Assembly: GCA_950097015.1 (NCBI GenBank)
Contig: CATNEN010000003.1
Coordinates: forward strand, 12,710,001-12,774,000
From: Macrostomum hystrix
Lineage: Eukaryota; Animalia; Platyhelminthes
Length of the DNA: 64,000 nucleotides
Direction: 5' to 3'
In this document: positions 46,179-59,329 of the stretch, in pieces
Layout: every line of letters begins with the position of its first letter
Position numbering within the stretch: the stretch's first letter is position 1
Position numbers and translations under genes: made by a program
The notes under the pieces: generated by a model
What the model was told of the DNA's origin: nothing
The model's database searches: none
What the model saw: the letters and a program-made list of their open reading frames with translations, nothing else

Positions 46179-49100
46179 TTATTGGGGCAAGAAGGTGCCA
46201 CAGGTGCTAAAGGTAGCCTCAGCCGTTTTCTCAGGAGGCGGGTCCATAGGCGTAAGGCGCACTTTGATTTTCTTCGTTAACAAATGCGGATCGCCTGGGT
46301 AGGCCTCGTGGATGATTGGCGGCGGTTTCGGCTCATCGAAGCCGGTGATTTTATCGCGGCCCAGACCACCAATCATACTACTGCGCCACTGGTTCCAAGG
46401 CACAATGACGTCCTCCGGTGCCTTCTTCAGTATCAGCGGATGATCCCTACTGGTCGGATAGAAGATCAGAGACTGGCACGAGTTGCAGTTCGGTGCCACT
46501 AGTGCGGAGGTCGGTATATTGTCGATAGTGTCAAATACAATCGGCTGTTCTTCTTGCTCGTCAAGAATTCCGGTGCACCTACTGCCCAGCGGTTTGAGAC
46601 AGTCAAAGTTCAGTTGTAGATTGTAGCGCCACTGCATCGACTTCATGACGATAACTTCGTCCATTGTGGGCCGGAAATGCATGTAGCGAGAGTAATAGCC
46701 ATCTTTAGCATGCGCACTGCCGCGTTTGATGATTAAGAACCAGACTTTGAACTTCTGTCGACGAACCACTTTGCTTAGCCGGTATTCGTATCCTGCGCTC
46801 TTTACCTGCATGGTTGTGACAATTCGGTTAGTATATACTCTCTATGCCGTCACACGCATTGATTTTATGATAAACGATACAGTGTAACGACTCGCAAACA
46901 ACAAGTAGAAGGATTCCTAAATAGAAACTAGGGTCGACAAACTCTGGTCTTGCAGCTAGATTCGGCACTTACAGCTCCTTAATCTAGTCTCATAGCCCTC
47001 TCCTGTTTCATCTCTTCAGTGTTTTATCTTTCCCTCTCCCGCGGCTTATCTATACAATGTCTCATCTATCCAGTGTCTCAATCTCTCTATTGTGTCGTAT
47101 CTCTCTATTGTGTCTCAATCTCTCCATTGTGTCTTATCTCTCTCCAGTGTCTCCTCTATCCAGTGTCTCATCTATCTAGTGTCTCATTTATCCAGTGTCT
47201 CAATCTCTTCAGTGTTTTATCTTTCCCTCTCCCGCGGCTCATCTATACAATGTCTCATCTATCCAGTGTCTGAATCTCTCTATTGTGTCTTATCTCTCTA
47301 TTGTGTTTTGTCTCTCTATTGTGTCTCAATCTCTCCAGTGTCTCATCTCTCCAGGGTCTCATCTCTCCCGTGTCTCATCTCTCCAGTGTCCCATCCCTCC
47401 AGTGTTTTATCTCTTCCTCTTCCGCGGCTTATCTCTACAATGTCTCATCTATCCAGTGTCTCAATCTCTCTATTGTGTCTCAATCTCTCCAGTGTCTCAT
47501 CTCTCCAGTGTCTCATCTCTCCAGTGTCTCAATCTCCCCAGTGTCTCAATCTCTCTAGTGTATCATCTCTCCAGTGTCTCAATCTCTCCAGTGTCTTAAT
47601 CTCTCTATTGTGTCTTATCTCTCTATTGTATCTATATCTATACAGTGTCTCAATCTCTCTAGTGTCTCATCTCTTCAGGGTCTCATCTCTCCCGTGTCTC
47701 ATCTCTCCAGTGTCCCATCCCTCCAGTGTTTTATCTCTTCCTCTTCCGCGGCTTATCTCTACAATGTCTCATCTATCCAGTGTCTCAATCTCTCTATTGT
47801 GTCTCAATCTCTCCAGTGTCTCAATCTCTCCAGTGTCTCAATCTCTCCAGTGTCTCAATCTCTCCAGTGTCTCAATCTCTCCAGTGTCTCATCTCTCCAG
47901 TGTCTCAATCTCTCCAGTGTCTCATCTCTCCAGTGTCTCAATCTCTCCAGTGTCTTGAACTCTCCACTGTCTCAATCTCTCCAGTGTCTCAATCTCTCCA
48001 GTGTCTTGAACTCTCCACTGTCTCATATATCTAGTGTCTTAAACTCTCCACTATCTCATATATCTAGTGTCTCATTTCGCTTGTGTGTCACCAATCGTGT
48101 ATTTTTAATAGACTGTATTTTCTCAGTTGACAATCAATTTCCCATTTAGTAAAGCAGTGAGAGAAAGGAGAAACTGAGACAGGATTTCGGGGAATTATTA
48201 TGCCGATCTCACCTGCCAGTGCATCGTTGGATAAAAGTAATCTGAGAAGCGCAGCTCGTGAAAGCTTGGCCTGTTGCGAATCCCGGATCGGATGTCAAGC
48301 ATTGACGATTTATGCGAATAGAACGGCCATTGCGAGCCGTTACTGTCATTAACCATCTTGTGTATGCCGCTTTTCAATGGCTGAAATTCCCAACTGTAAT
48401 GACCGCCGTGCTCAAAGGTGTTGTCCAATGTAATAGCATCGCAAGCCTGCGGAGCAGTTAAACACAGTTATTTTTATGTTTATTCATTTTAACAAAAAAT
48501 CATAGTCCAATACTGTGCTTAATTAATTTGAGCACTGGATGATTCTTAATATTTCAAATTCCCACTGCATATTTCACAATAGCTCCCAAAACAAATGAAA
48601 GTCCACCATCTGAATCTAAATTTTCCACCCTTGACGATGTAACGATGAACTAATTTTCTCGATGTAACGAGATCATATTCAAGGATTTTTGTCGAAGACC
48701 CTGGTGACAAAGACAGCTAACATTGCTCTGGATAAGCCACTATGGCGAATCCATATTGATTCAAAGGTGTATAAATCGACAATATAGTCGATAATAGGCC
48801 TATTTTGTGGTTTTTGTCACTAGACACCGCGAGGAGAATCGTTGGATATCTCAACGATGCCGCTTTGTGATTCTGAAAGTAGTTTTATCAGATGAAGCGG
48901 GAATTTTCGCTTGTGTTCCGAATTGTCATGACGATTGCTTGAATCGTCATTTGAACGGTCATTCGTTCATGTCGTCGTTGAAATAGGCAGTGGATATTTG
49001 AAATTCCCCCATGGTACGTCTTTCCCCAGGCGAAAATGGCCTGTCTTTCTACTGTTGAACTGATTCCAAGTCAGGAAAATTGGTGGCGAGTGATTTGAGA

Positions 49101-49524
49101 AGTTTTTTGGAGCTTTCCGAACAAGCGCCGAGCTCACCTGAGCCAGCCCGATTGTCCAATCGGATTTCGGCATGGATTCCTCTATAGTGAAGCCGACGCG
49201 ACATTTGAAATGTTCGCCTCTCCACTGCATGATGTGCGCCTTCTCAGAAACTCGAGTCAGCTGACTGCTACCTGGCTGAGGACCGCAATAATAAGCTCTC
49301 ACGTAGTGCACATTGATATGTACATCGGGTCGAAACTCTTCCAGAGGGCCAGTGGCGTCGTTGCTATTGCCTTCTTGTCGCAGCTTCTTAGTGGCATCGT
49401 CCAGTTGCTGATCGTCCAAGACGCCTTTATCAATTGTCGGACTGGATTCGTAGTCATCCCATTCGTCGTCCGAGAGGTGCTGCGTCTGATTGTGCAGCTC
49501 ATCGCTTGAGCATCCAAGTTTCAT
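46179..49524 (-). CDS. FAM78: FAM78-family protein, 3 exons
   Basis: Exons 49524-49138, 48446-48213, 46805-46179, phase 0, GT-AG. Motifs: WTIGLAQAC, SWEFQPLKSG..MVNDSNGSQWPFY, DYFYPTMHW, LSKVVRRQKFKVW, PLGSRC..QEEQP..IPTSALVAPNCNSCQSLIFYP. Confidence 0.85.
46929..48075 (+). repeat. Degenerate hAT-MITE relative with an expanded 16-17-bp satellite (gtgtctcaatctctcca)n
   Basis: Left end agggtcgacaaactctggtc..cagctagattcggcac resembles the MITE head at 10385 and 12148 and is followed by the same satellite type; no right TIR recognised. Confidence 0.7.
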
Positions 49525-51447
49525 GGTCTTCTGTAGAGTCTACATATATGCTATTTGTGAGTTGATTTACCCATCTTTTAGTTATACAAATTCGGTAGTT
49601 GTAGCAAATTCGGCCATAGACACTTTGCTTGATTATTTTTTATTCCTTCGTTACCAAACTCAAACTCCTGGAACAAATGAATTTGGGTTCAGTAGATAAG
49701 CCAAGGACCACTAGAAGAAAACGGACGGGACACTTCGCTTCTTGGAAAAGAATTAACGGCAGATTTTCACGAAAAAAAGCGAGATAGGAACTTCTCCCGT
49801 TTTTTCACATTATAATGTTAACTTATAACTTATAACGTAATTAAAATTAGCCTCTTGGCCAAATGATATTTGTTAATGATTTTTTTTCAAAATTCTGGTA
49901 ATACTGAAGTTGCATGATTGCTAATACATGTGTTAGGCCGGTTTGTGTGGCGCGTCCTTGGTCCTCACCCTCCCCCCGTCCTGGCTCAGAGTGCCCGGTT
50001 GTAGAGTGCAGAATTACGGTACTATTTATTTTAACCAATCATGCGCTAACTACTCTACTCATCCGCTTAGTAGTATTTTTAGAAAATGCGAACCAGAAAA
50101 CATGCAAGTACAGCATGTGATTCATTTTACCAAAAAGGAGAATCGAATCAATCAAAAATCATGTGACTACTATTAATAGTATCCAATCAATTTTTATGTC
50201 AAAAGCAACCAGCGATCCCACCAATCATGTTACCCAAAATCAATCAAAAGGTCAAGAAAGGGATAATCCATCTTTTTGCGCTTCTACTAGTTTAGTTGTA
50301 AAAAAGTCTATCCTCTTAAGTTGTCAAGCGTTGACCCAGACTTTTTGACACCATTTCGACACCTGTACTTTAAACGCACCCATCGAACCCGAGAGGGTCC
50401 GATTCTCTATAAATACAAGAGCTCCGAAGCGAGCCCAGATTCAGAGTCTCGCCGAGACGAGCAGAGTCTCGCAGAAAAGAGAAAACAGAGAGTGGATTGG
50501 ACTCCAGGTCCAAGACTTGTGGTAAGAGTTCCTTGAGTTATTCTAATTAATTATTTATTAATAATTTATTAATATTACAAAGGGTGAGCGCCAGACTCGT
50601 GGTAAAACTTACCAGGGCTGGTAAGAAGGAACACACTCCACAAGTGACTATTGGTTAACCGACATCAACGACAAATCAGAATCAGGAAGATACCACACCT
50701 GATTACTATTGGCCCAGTGTAACTGCAACCGAGACGAGGAGAATAAATTAAATTCTCTTGCATTCAAACAATCCAGGTACCTGAAAGGCAACCAGAAGCC
50801 AAGCGCATCAAAGCACCCGAAGCCTGCAGCAACCAAAGAGAGAGTGAGAGACAAGAGAACCACTAAACCAAAGAAGGTAAGATCTACAACTTCTGCTAAT
50901 TAAGTATTAATTACTGGGGCACCCAGCAGTTGCTGGAAGTGATAAATTCCTAAAAGAGAAACTAGGAACTTATCACGGTGCCGCCATCTGATTGGCTGGG
51001 CGCGGGCATTGTGTGTCTATCCTACCCCAGCCCTGCGTGGCTTTGCCCGTCCACCCGTACAGCGCGTACAACCCTACCCCCCCAGCGCGCTGTAGGCTTT
51101 GTTTGTGCTCCGCCCCTGTCTGCCCCCTTGTCGGCCCTAGTGGTATCGTTTTCTGCCTGTGCCAAGGTTACCGCTCGCGCCCCCTCCCGTTTCGCGAACT
51201 TTAAAAGATCGTGCCGTAAAGACGGTCTCCTACTTCGAAGGCTTAATTCCTTGCATGCGAAGTGTTTATTGACTATTGATTATTGATTATCGTTTATTGA
51301 AGTGCGCAATTATTGACGGCAAATACATCCCCAGCGTCATCCTGTCATCATATCGTGCGTCCCGACCGGTAAGCACTGTATTCGTGTCTGTCCTTTCGGA
51401 GTGCCAGGCCCGCATGGAGTACTGTAATAGTCTCAGAAGTACTGTGT

Positions 51448-51776
51448 GAGCGTCCTAACGCCACCAGTCCCTGACTGCAACAGAGCGTCCTAACGCCACC
51501 AGTCCCTGACTGCAACAGAGCGTCCTAACGCCACCAGTCCCTGACTGCAACAGAGCGTCCTAACGCCACCAGTCCCTGACTGCAACAGAGCGTCCTAACG
51601 CCACCAGTCCCTGACTGCAACAGAGCGTCCTAACGCCACCAGTCCCTGACTGCAACAGAGCGTCCTAACGCCACCAGTCCCTGACTGCAACAGAGCGTCC
51701 TAACGCCACCAGTCCCTGACTGCAACAGAGCGTCCTAACGCCACCAGTCCCTGACTGCAACAGAGCGTCCTAACGC
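51448..51776. repeat. 35-bp perfect tandem repeat, ~9.4 copies
   Basis: gagcgtcctaacgccaccagtccctgactgcaaca, no spacers. Confidence 0.97.
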
Positions 51777-51997
51777 CTGGTTCAGTGATTGATCATATTT
51801 TACTTTTAATAGGGCTGTGGGCCGGGGATCACAAACCGACCACTGTCACTACAATAAATAGACGAAAATAAAGTCAAAGTCATTCATTCATCAAAGGTTA
51901 TTAAAAATTCAACGGCTAAGAGTTCAAAGCCTTTGTCAAGCGTATCTTCAAGACCAAATCTGTCTTTGGTCTTGGATCAGCATTTGATTTTGATCAG

Positions 51998-53504
51998 TCA
52001 ATATTGACTGGTAGCCAGAAACAGTGCATACACTGCGGTTGCCATGGTAATGTAGTCAAGCGCCGGCACTCTTGTAGATGAGCAGTAGGCCAAGTTAGCG
52101 CTCGAATAAGTGTAAGCGAGCTTGGCCACGTCCTGACTGCTCAGACTGTTGACTCTGATGCTGCTGCCGTTGAGCATGACAATGGTACTCAGTCCGCTGG
52201 TACAAGCGAAAGAGTTTGAGGAGTAGTGCATCACTGAGCTGTAGTCGTAGCCCGGATAGTCCGTTGGCAGTTTGTAGTTGTGCCTCAGGAAATTACTGCA
52301 CGTCTGCGGTTATTAGGGAGTGGGTTCACTAGATTATGTAACATTTTTGTCTAATTTTATAGGCATGTAACCACGAGAATGATCGAAAATTCCATCAGGC
52401 TGCTTTAGCTACCCAATACTCTGGAACGAAACCACCAGACAGGCCAAGATATTACAGAACCACTTTTGTTGCCTCCAGCCAGCGTGGATGTAGTGTAAAT
52501 TTTGCACTTATTTACTTCTCGTAAGTTTTCAACATCTGGAAGTAAAGCTCCCAAAACGAAACGCAATGAAGACGCACCTCGCTGTCGATGTTGCTCCACA
52601 GCACGTTGACAAAGCCGTCCCGGTCAGGTCTGGACTGCTCATGATAGAACCCCAATGCGTGCATGAACTCATGCTGCACAATTCTCTCAGTCATGCAGCC
52701 GGGAACCGACAACGACAGCTCCTGGCCTAGCAGCGTCTTCACTCTTCCTATGTAAGAATAGCAGCCGATGCCGTCTATCACGTTTACGTAGTTAAATCTG
52801 ATAAAGTAGTCGTATTCCAAGAAAGCGACCAACTGCTTGCCATTGCTAGCGGCAGCGATTCTGGCCGTCAGCTTGGCCAGCGACTGGCGTACCAAATTTC
52901 GATAGCTGCTGGATATGCTGCTCGAGAAGCGATAGTACAGGCGACCATTGGGCCATAGACCTCGACAGCTGACGTAGGATCTTGGTGGAAATGCCCTGCT
53001 GCTGCTGCTACTGCTGGCTTTGGCTCTTTCGAAATGATTAGATTGTGCCAGCTGCATCGACTGCAAGTCCTCCACCGGTATAAACATGTCATCGATACGA
53101 CTGAACTCTCCACTTTTAGCTGCCGCAGCGGTTGGGGTGGCTTCGGTTAAGCCAGCTGCAGCTGTTGAAGAAGCTGCGACCGTTGTGCTGACATGAGCAT
53201 CAGTTTGGTTCGTTGAGCTATTCGATTCCAACAGATTCATCATGCTGACGCCCTGAGAAAGCGATTGGTACCATGGACAGTTTAGACACTGCTTTAGACA
53301 TGTCTAACAGTAGAGACGCCTGTCTAACATTAGACCTTCACGTCTAACAGTAGACACGCGTGACTAACAGTAGAAACCATGTATAAGAGTAGTCCGTTTT
53401 TATGTCTGTGGTCTCACCTGTTGCTGTCTTGTACATCCGCAGGCCGCCGCCTGAGCAGTCGAAACCAGCCCGCAGCCCAGAATAACCAACAGTGGAAATT
53501 TCAT
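51998..53504 (-). CDS. Secreted astacin (M12A) zinc metalloprotease, 3 exons, no C-terminal accessory domain
   Basis: Exons 53504-53418 (signal peptide), 53252-52578, 52303-51998. WPNGRLYY, GCYSYIGR, zinc motif HEFMHALGFYHEQSRPDRD, Met-turn YDYSSVMHY, LSSQDVAKL..Y. Confidence 0.93.
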
Positions 53505-53939
53505 CGTCAACTGGCTCATTAACAAAGCACTGTTTGCAAAGCTGAACTTTAAATTGAAAGCCTGCAGTTTAAATAGCATGTCGGCTGCACTGTCACGGTG
53601 GAGCAAAGAAAATGTAGGTAGGTAGAGTGGAGGCCGAAGCCCATTTATTTTATTGTAGCAATTCTACCCTGTGGAAGACTTAACTAAGATTTTTTTCATC
53701 CTTTTTATAATAGACGACTCATATTTTCTATTGAAGCAACTTCTATAGAACTCTTAGAGCTGAGTTTGCACTCAAAATAGTTTTTGAAACCAACTAGAAG
53801 ACGTGAAAGATTTTTTCTTGTTTCTAAACTTCATATTGTTTCAACACTATATTGTTTGCTTGGAATGTGCCATACACTGCTTGCCATTTGTAAGCGTACA
53901 TCAGTTTAAGAATATCGCATCGCATTCGTGTGTGATATT

Positions 53940-54125
53940 GGGCTACCTGCCTCTCGAACTCAGGATCCTGAGCTCGATTTAGTGTCGTGACCATTTTTTA
54001 GGTCTCAGCTGCAGAGAGAAGGTGTGGAAGACTTATCGTGTATAATTTACGCCTTTGAGGGGCACACCACAAAATCACATTGAGAGCGTGCAACTAATTC
54101 GCACTGTGTGTGGTGTGCTCAGGGC
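53940..54125 (+). mobile_element. SINE family A, diverged copy
   Basis: gatcctgagctcgattt, gcagagagaagg, cgcctttgagg, gtgtgctcagg. Confidence 0.6.
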
Positions 54126-55699
54126 CAAACGCTTTTTCTTTTCTTTTTTCTTGACAACGGAGAAGCTTATCTCACTATACGCGAACCTTACTAATAATAG
54201 TCGTATTTGATGACTAATTAAGGGTGCAAGTCGCAGAAAAATCACTATATAAAGCGTTTTTTATCTCGTGCCTTTCGATCGTGGAATCGAAAATGGTAAA
54301 CGCGACATTTGACTTCTGACTGCTAACAATTTTACTGCCGGCGCCATTTGACTTCCAACAATTTGACTGTCAGAAATGTGACTGCCGGCGATATTTGACT
54401 ATAACAACAACAACAAAATACGCTGTCGGGTGGAAAAATGCTGCGTAAGCATCTACACGTCCTGCAACCGCTGCGGGCAGTAGGACTCAGCACGGATGAT
54501 GCAACTGTATTGACTATACACTTGACTATGACTTGACACTTAATTAAATTTTATTTATATGAAGCTTCCATGTCTACTATTTAGTAGCTTAATCATCTGA
54601 TAGTTATTGCAGTTTTTAGTCGTCTGAGTTTTAGCTGAAACGATCCGCGGAAGTGACGCGGGAAATCCACGGAAATGCCAAGCAAACTTGGAACCAAAAC
54701 TAACTCAAAAGTGCAACTCAATTTAAATCATAAAAGAAATAAGAAATATTTAAGTATTAATTTTTTTGATAAGCGTGTATCTACTGGTTTTTTTTGCTCG
54801 ATACAAACGAAGATAACAACATATATGTTAGCAGTGACGACAAGCAAAAAAATTTTAAAGAACTAGTTTTAAATAATATTTTTTAGACTTTAATGTATAG
54901 GTTTTTAAAGACTTTAGGTAAAAAAAGTTTTCTTATAATAAAAACTAGTGTAAAATGGAAACATCTCGACATAAAGTATGACGCAAAACTTAAAGTTGCT
55001 GTAATGCTACTCAAACAAACAAAAAAACTTACAAGACTGCTTGAATAAACAGATAACTGTGCTTTGAATATTTTAAATTCAAATTTTCTAATTGAATATT
55101 TTAACAATTTTAAGAACTTCCTAGCAGAAAATGAAGCAAATAATATAGAAGTGCAATTAAATAACAAAACTGTGTTTCCCAGCGCATTTAGTCTAAAATA
55201 AATTCTAAAGGTGTTTAACAGGAAACACCAACTGATAAAAATTCTAACTGCTAATGTGCTGTTAACTTCAAATTTTACTCTAATTAGAACTGTGTTATAT
55301 TACGCTTGAATCTTTAGAGTTTTTCGCAGTAACTCGTCAGGCAGGAAGCCAATCAGCTAGTAGCGACTAAGACGACGACACCACTGGGCATGCAGTTAGC
55401 CGGAATGGCATCAATAGACTGGTAGCGACGGTGGCGTTGTGTTCAGCAGGTAGCACGGCGCAGTGTACAGTCAGTCGCGCAGCCAAGCCAGTTCCTGTCG
55501 ATATCAGATCTCCATCGTTAGTCGTGAGACTCGCGCCAGCACCGGCAGCACTTCGCAGTCTTCGGACAAGATTTCCGTTACTCTCCCAGCCGTTGTGAAG
55601 CTCAACAAGACTGCAGGTGTTGATGAGATAGGACCCGGGCAAATCTCGGATCTGCATAGCGGCTGTTGTCTGACTTCTCAAACTTCTCATCGTGAGAAC

Positions 55700-56560
55700 A
55701 ATCGTCTGTCCGCAAACTAGGAATGCAAACTGTGTAGTTGTATCGTCCATTCGTTTTGCCTCTTCCGGCCGCACCAGGGTGCAGCAGTCTTTGAACTTTC
55801 GAGCTTCAAGATCACTGAAGTAGCTTCTGCTGGTTATTGGAGCAGCCAAAATTAGATAGTTTTTTTGATGAATTTCTAGACATGTCGGCGCATTGTTGAG
55901 GTTAGGCATTTTTATTAAGCAGTTGAAATATAGTTTGCAGCATCACGGAAACACTTCGGGCGAATCTTGCAGGTGTTAGGCAAGCATGAACTTTGTTGAA
56001 AACAAACACTCGTGATCTTCCAAACCAACTTTGCTGACAACTCCCCCAGGTGTTCAACAGTCTGTTTCTAGGTGTTGCGCTGAAGACTTTAATCTTCATT
56101 CGTGAAAATATGATGGATGAACGGTAACGATCCCCTCATGGAGATCGGTAACAGCTGCTGACTGGGTTGCATTAGTCTTTTAGAATTAGAACACAATGCA
56201 TAAACCCATCATCATTTGACTACCAGCTCATTAGCTGGAAATCAGGTAGCAGAATTCATTCCACGGTGTGCGTGCCACAAAAATTAAACCTATATATTTG
56301 GTTTCTTTTTAGTAGCATTTCGCTAACACCGCAGAGTCCGAAAGTCGTCCACGACGCTAATTTGTAGTCAGATTTGACGAGCGTAATGGAAGTCTCGGCA
56401 GCTCGATACTCGACACATGCAGTCAACACGTTAGGAAATTTCCCTCGTGATTGAACTCTTGACGAGTATAAGCAGCATCTTGCTGCAGCTTCTATTCCTC
56501 GTTGCAGTACAAAACAGTACAAACCACGGCAGGAATAGGACAAACTCCAGGACCTTCTAC
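55700..56560 (-). pseudogene. Decayed hAT transposase (CGGBP1-related group)
   Basis: Frameshifted remnants in the expected order: DAAY, FPNVLTAC..RAAE, KVF..PR, TWGS, APITS..FS. These match DAAPYM, PNLxHxTC..HRVAE, KKVFxKAPxR, TRWG(T/S)W and YAPITS..ERSFS recalled for this hAT group. Confidence 0.55.
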
Positions 56561-56682
56561 GAGCCAATCTCTAAAGGAGACTAGAAACGCCTAAGGCCGC
56601 GAAGTGAGGAAGGAAAAGACAGATGTATACAGATGTCGAGAGGACAGATGTATACCTAGCCCAGAAGATACTGTTAGGCCGG

Positions 56683-57056
56683 GGTCGAGCAAGGGAAGCC
56701 CAGAAGCTATAGAGCTAGGGTCGAGCAAGGGAAGCCCAGAAGCTATAGAGCTAGGGTCGAGCAAGGGAAGCCCAGAAGCTATAGAGCTAGGGTCGAGCAA
56801 GGGAAGCCCAGAAGCTATAGAGCTAGGGTCGAGCAAGGGAAGCCCAGAAGCTATAGAGCTAGGGTCAGGCAAGGGAAGCCCAGAAGCTATAGAGCTAGGG
56901 TCGAGCAAGGGAAGCCCAGAAGCTATAGCGCTAGGGTTAGGCAAGGGAAGCCCAGAAGCTATAGCGCTAGGGGCGAGCAAGGAAGCTATAGCGCTAGGGT
57001 CAGGCAAGGGAAGCCCAGAAGCTATAGCACTAGGGGCGAGCAAGGGAAGCCCAGAA
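56683..57056. repeat. 36-bp tandem repeat
   Basis: gggtcgagcaagggaagcccagaagctatagagcta, ~10 copies. Confidence 0.95.
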
Positions 57057-57404
57057 TAGAAGAGGACAGATGAGAGAGAGATGAGGTTGATGAGGCTGAA
57101 ATGATGCGCATCCATCTATTCTTCGAAAGCGAAATCGACCCAAGAAGCTGAGAAATCTTTTGTTCGTAAAGTTGAAAATATTTTTTCTTTCTTGCGTCTT
57201 GTCAGTCGGTCGCATTAATCGTTCGCATTGATAAAGACGACCGCCCAGGTGAAATCGCAGCCACCATCCTTCACCCTGAGTGAAACCGATCTACCGCTCG
57301 TTCTGCAGATAAAATAATGTATGAAGGTAATAATGAAGGTGCTGCAGCTTTTGTCTTAAGAATCTAAAAGTAGTCTAAACCGTAAAGCCAACCGCATCCA
57401 CCCC

Positions 57405-58270
57405 AGTGTCTCGGAGTTGGTCTTGCACCCCTCATCAGAATTACCACGGGATCTCGAAGTTATAGGCCCATCACAATGTCTCGGAGTTGGTCTTGCACCC
57501 CTCATCAGAATTACCACGGGATCTCGAAGTTATAGGCCCATCACAATGTCTCGGAGTATGTCTAGGGCCCATCACAATGTCTCGGAGTATGTATAGGGCC
57601 CATCACAATGTCTCGGAGTATGTATAGGGCCCATCACAATGTCTCGGAGTATGTCTAGGGCCCCATCACAATGACTCAACCAGTAGTCTCGGAGTATGTC
57701 TAGGGCCCCATCACAATGACTCAACCAGTAGTCTCGGAGTATGTCTAGAGCCCCATCACAATGACTCAACCAGTAGTCTCGGAGTATGTCTAGAGCCCCA
57801 TCACAATGACTCAACCAGTAGTCTCGGAGTATGTCTAGAGCTAGAGCCCCATCACAATGACTCAACCAGTAGTCTCGGAGTATGTCTAGGGCCCCATCAC
57901 AATGACTCAACCAGTAGTCTCGGAGTATGTCTAGAGCCCCATCACAATGACTCAACCAGTAGTCTCGGAGTATGTCTAGGGCCCCATCACAATGACTCAA
58001 CCAGTAGTCTCGGAGTATGTCTAGAGCCCCATCACAATGACTCAACCAGTAGTCTCAGAGTATGTCTAGGGCCCCATCACAATGACTCAACCAGTAGTCT
58101 CGGAGTATGTCTAGGGCCCCATCACAATGACTCAACCAGTAGTCTCAGAGTATGTCTAGAGCCCCATCACAATGACTCAACCAGTAGTCTCAGAGTATGT
58201 CTAGGGCCCCATCACAATGACACAATCAGTTGTCTCCAAGTAGGTCTAAGACCCCATCACAATGACCCCA
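57405..58270. repeat. Compound tandem repeat: 70-bp doublet, then ~32-bp units, then 45-bp units
   Basis: All share the core cccatcacaatg..gtctcggag. Confidence 0.92.
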
Positions 58271-59329
58271 GTGTATCAGAGTTATAGTCTTCCACCTTCA
58301 AATTCGAAAGTACGAGTATCATCATATCCCGATAAAAGCATGTTCAGTTTTCCAGGAATGAGTATGGATCACTCACCACAGACGATGCATAGTTGAGTTG
58401 AGTTGAGTATCTAAAAGAGTTAACAAGCAGAGTTGGTCGGTTTACGAAGCAGAGAAAATCGTTATTAAAACATGGCCTATTTAACCAAAGCCTGCTGGCC
58501 AAGTGTACAGTTTAGTACAGTACACTTGCCTAATTTACTCTCAACTCACAAAAGCTACGTGGTTCATTTCAATTGGAGCGATAACGGTGGGTGAGAAAGA
58601 ATGGCAGTAGAGATGCCGCCAAGGAGGAAGGATAAAGGGGGTTGTTGGATTTCTTGGAAATCTACATCCACCCCATGAAAGCCTGTACGTCACTGTACGA
58701 CACTTGTACGTCAGTGTCTGGCGTATTTTTGTTTAAACTTGTACTTTGTTTAGCATCGCGCGACGAGAAACCTATGGAATGGGCGGGCCAAGTAATGTGC
58801 CTATGAGTCATCCTCTGCACTTTGCTAGGCAGCAGGGAAAACTGTTTCTAGTAAATTCTCATAAATTTAATTTTGTCCTTTTCTAGAAGATCAGTTTCTT
58901 AGTTTTACTGGGGCTATGAATAGTGACCAACACAACTAGATTTATCGAAGTCAACAGACATTCCATCGAGTTCAGTCTATAACCAGCTTAAAAACTGTCA
59001 ATAGCGAATAAATCGAGCACTGATTTCTTTCTTTGTTTGTTACAGAACGAGAAAACCTTCTTTATAGGGGCCCTTAGTGATGTCGCTTTCGGTAGATCAG
59101 TGCGGTCTAAAGACCATTTTCCAGTCTGTCAAAACTCTCTACCATAAGTAGAATAGTAAGAGTTTTACATGCCTTTTGTAACTGTAAAATAGTTGCTGCC
59201 TTAACAATCTAATACTTGTATACGGTGATTGATTTGTTCTACAGAACATGTTTTTGTTTGACATCTGTCGAATCACGATCTCCCATATTCTTACAGCGAG
59301 TCTATCCGAATCTATCATCCGATATCTTC

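Noticed and set aside
51448-51776. CRISPR-like repeat length (35 bp; also 36 bp at 56683)
   Set aside because: Units are head-to-tail with no unique spacers, there are no cas genes, and the context is eukaryotic.
54217-54545. Possible TTAA-flanked MITE (gggtgcaagtc ... gacttgacac)
   Set aside because: The inverted repeat is short and imperfect, and no second copy occurs in the window.
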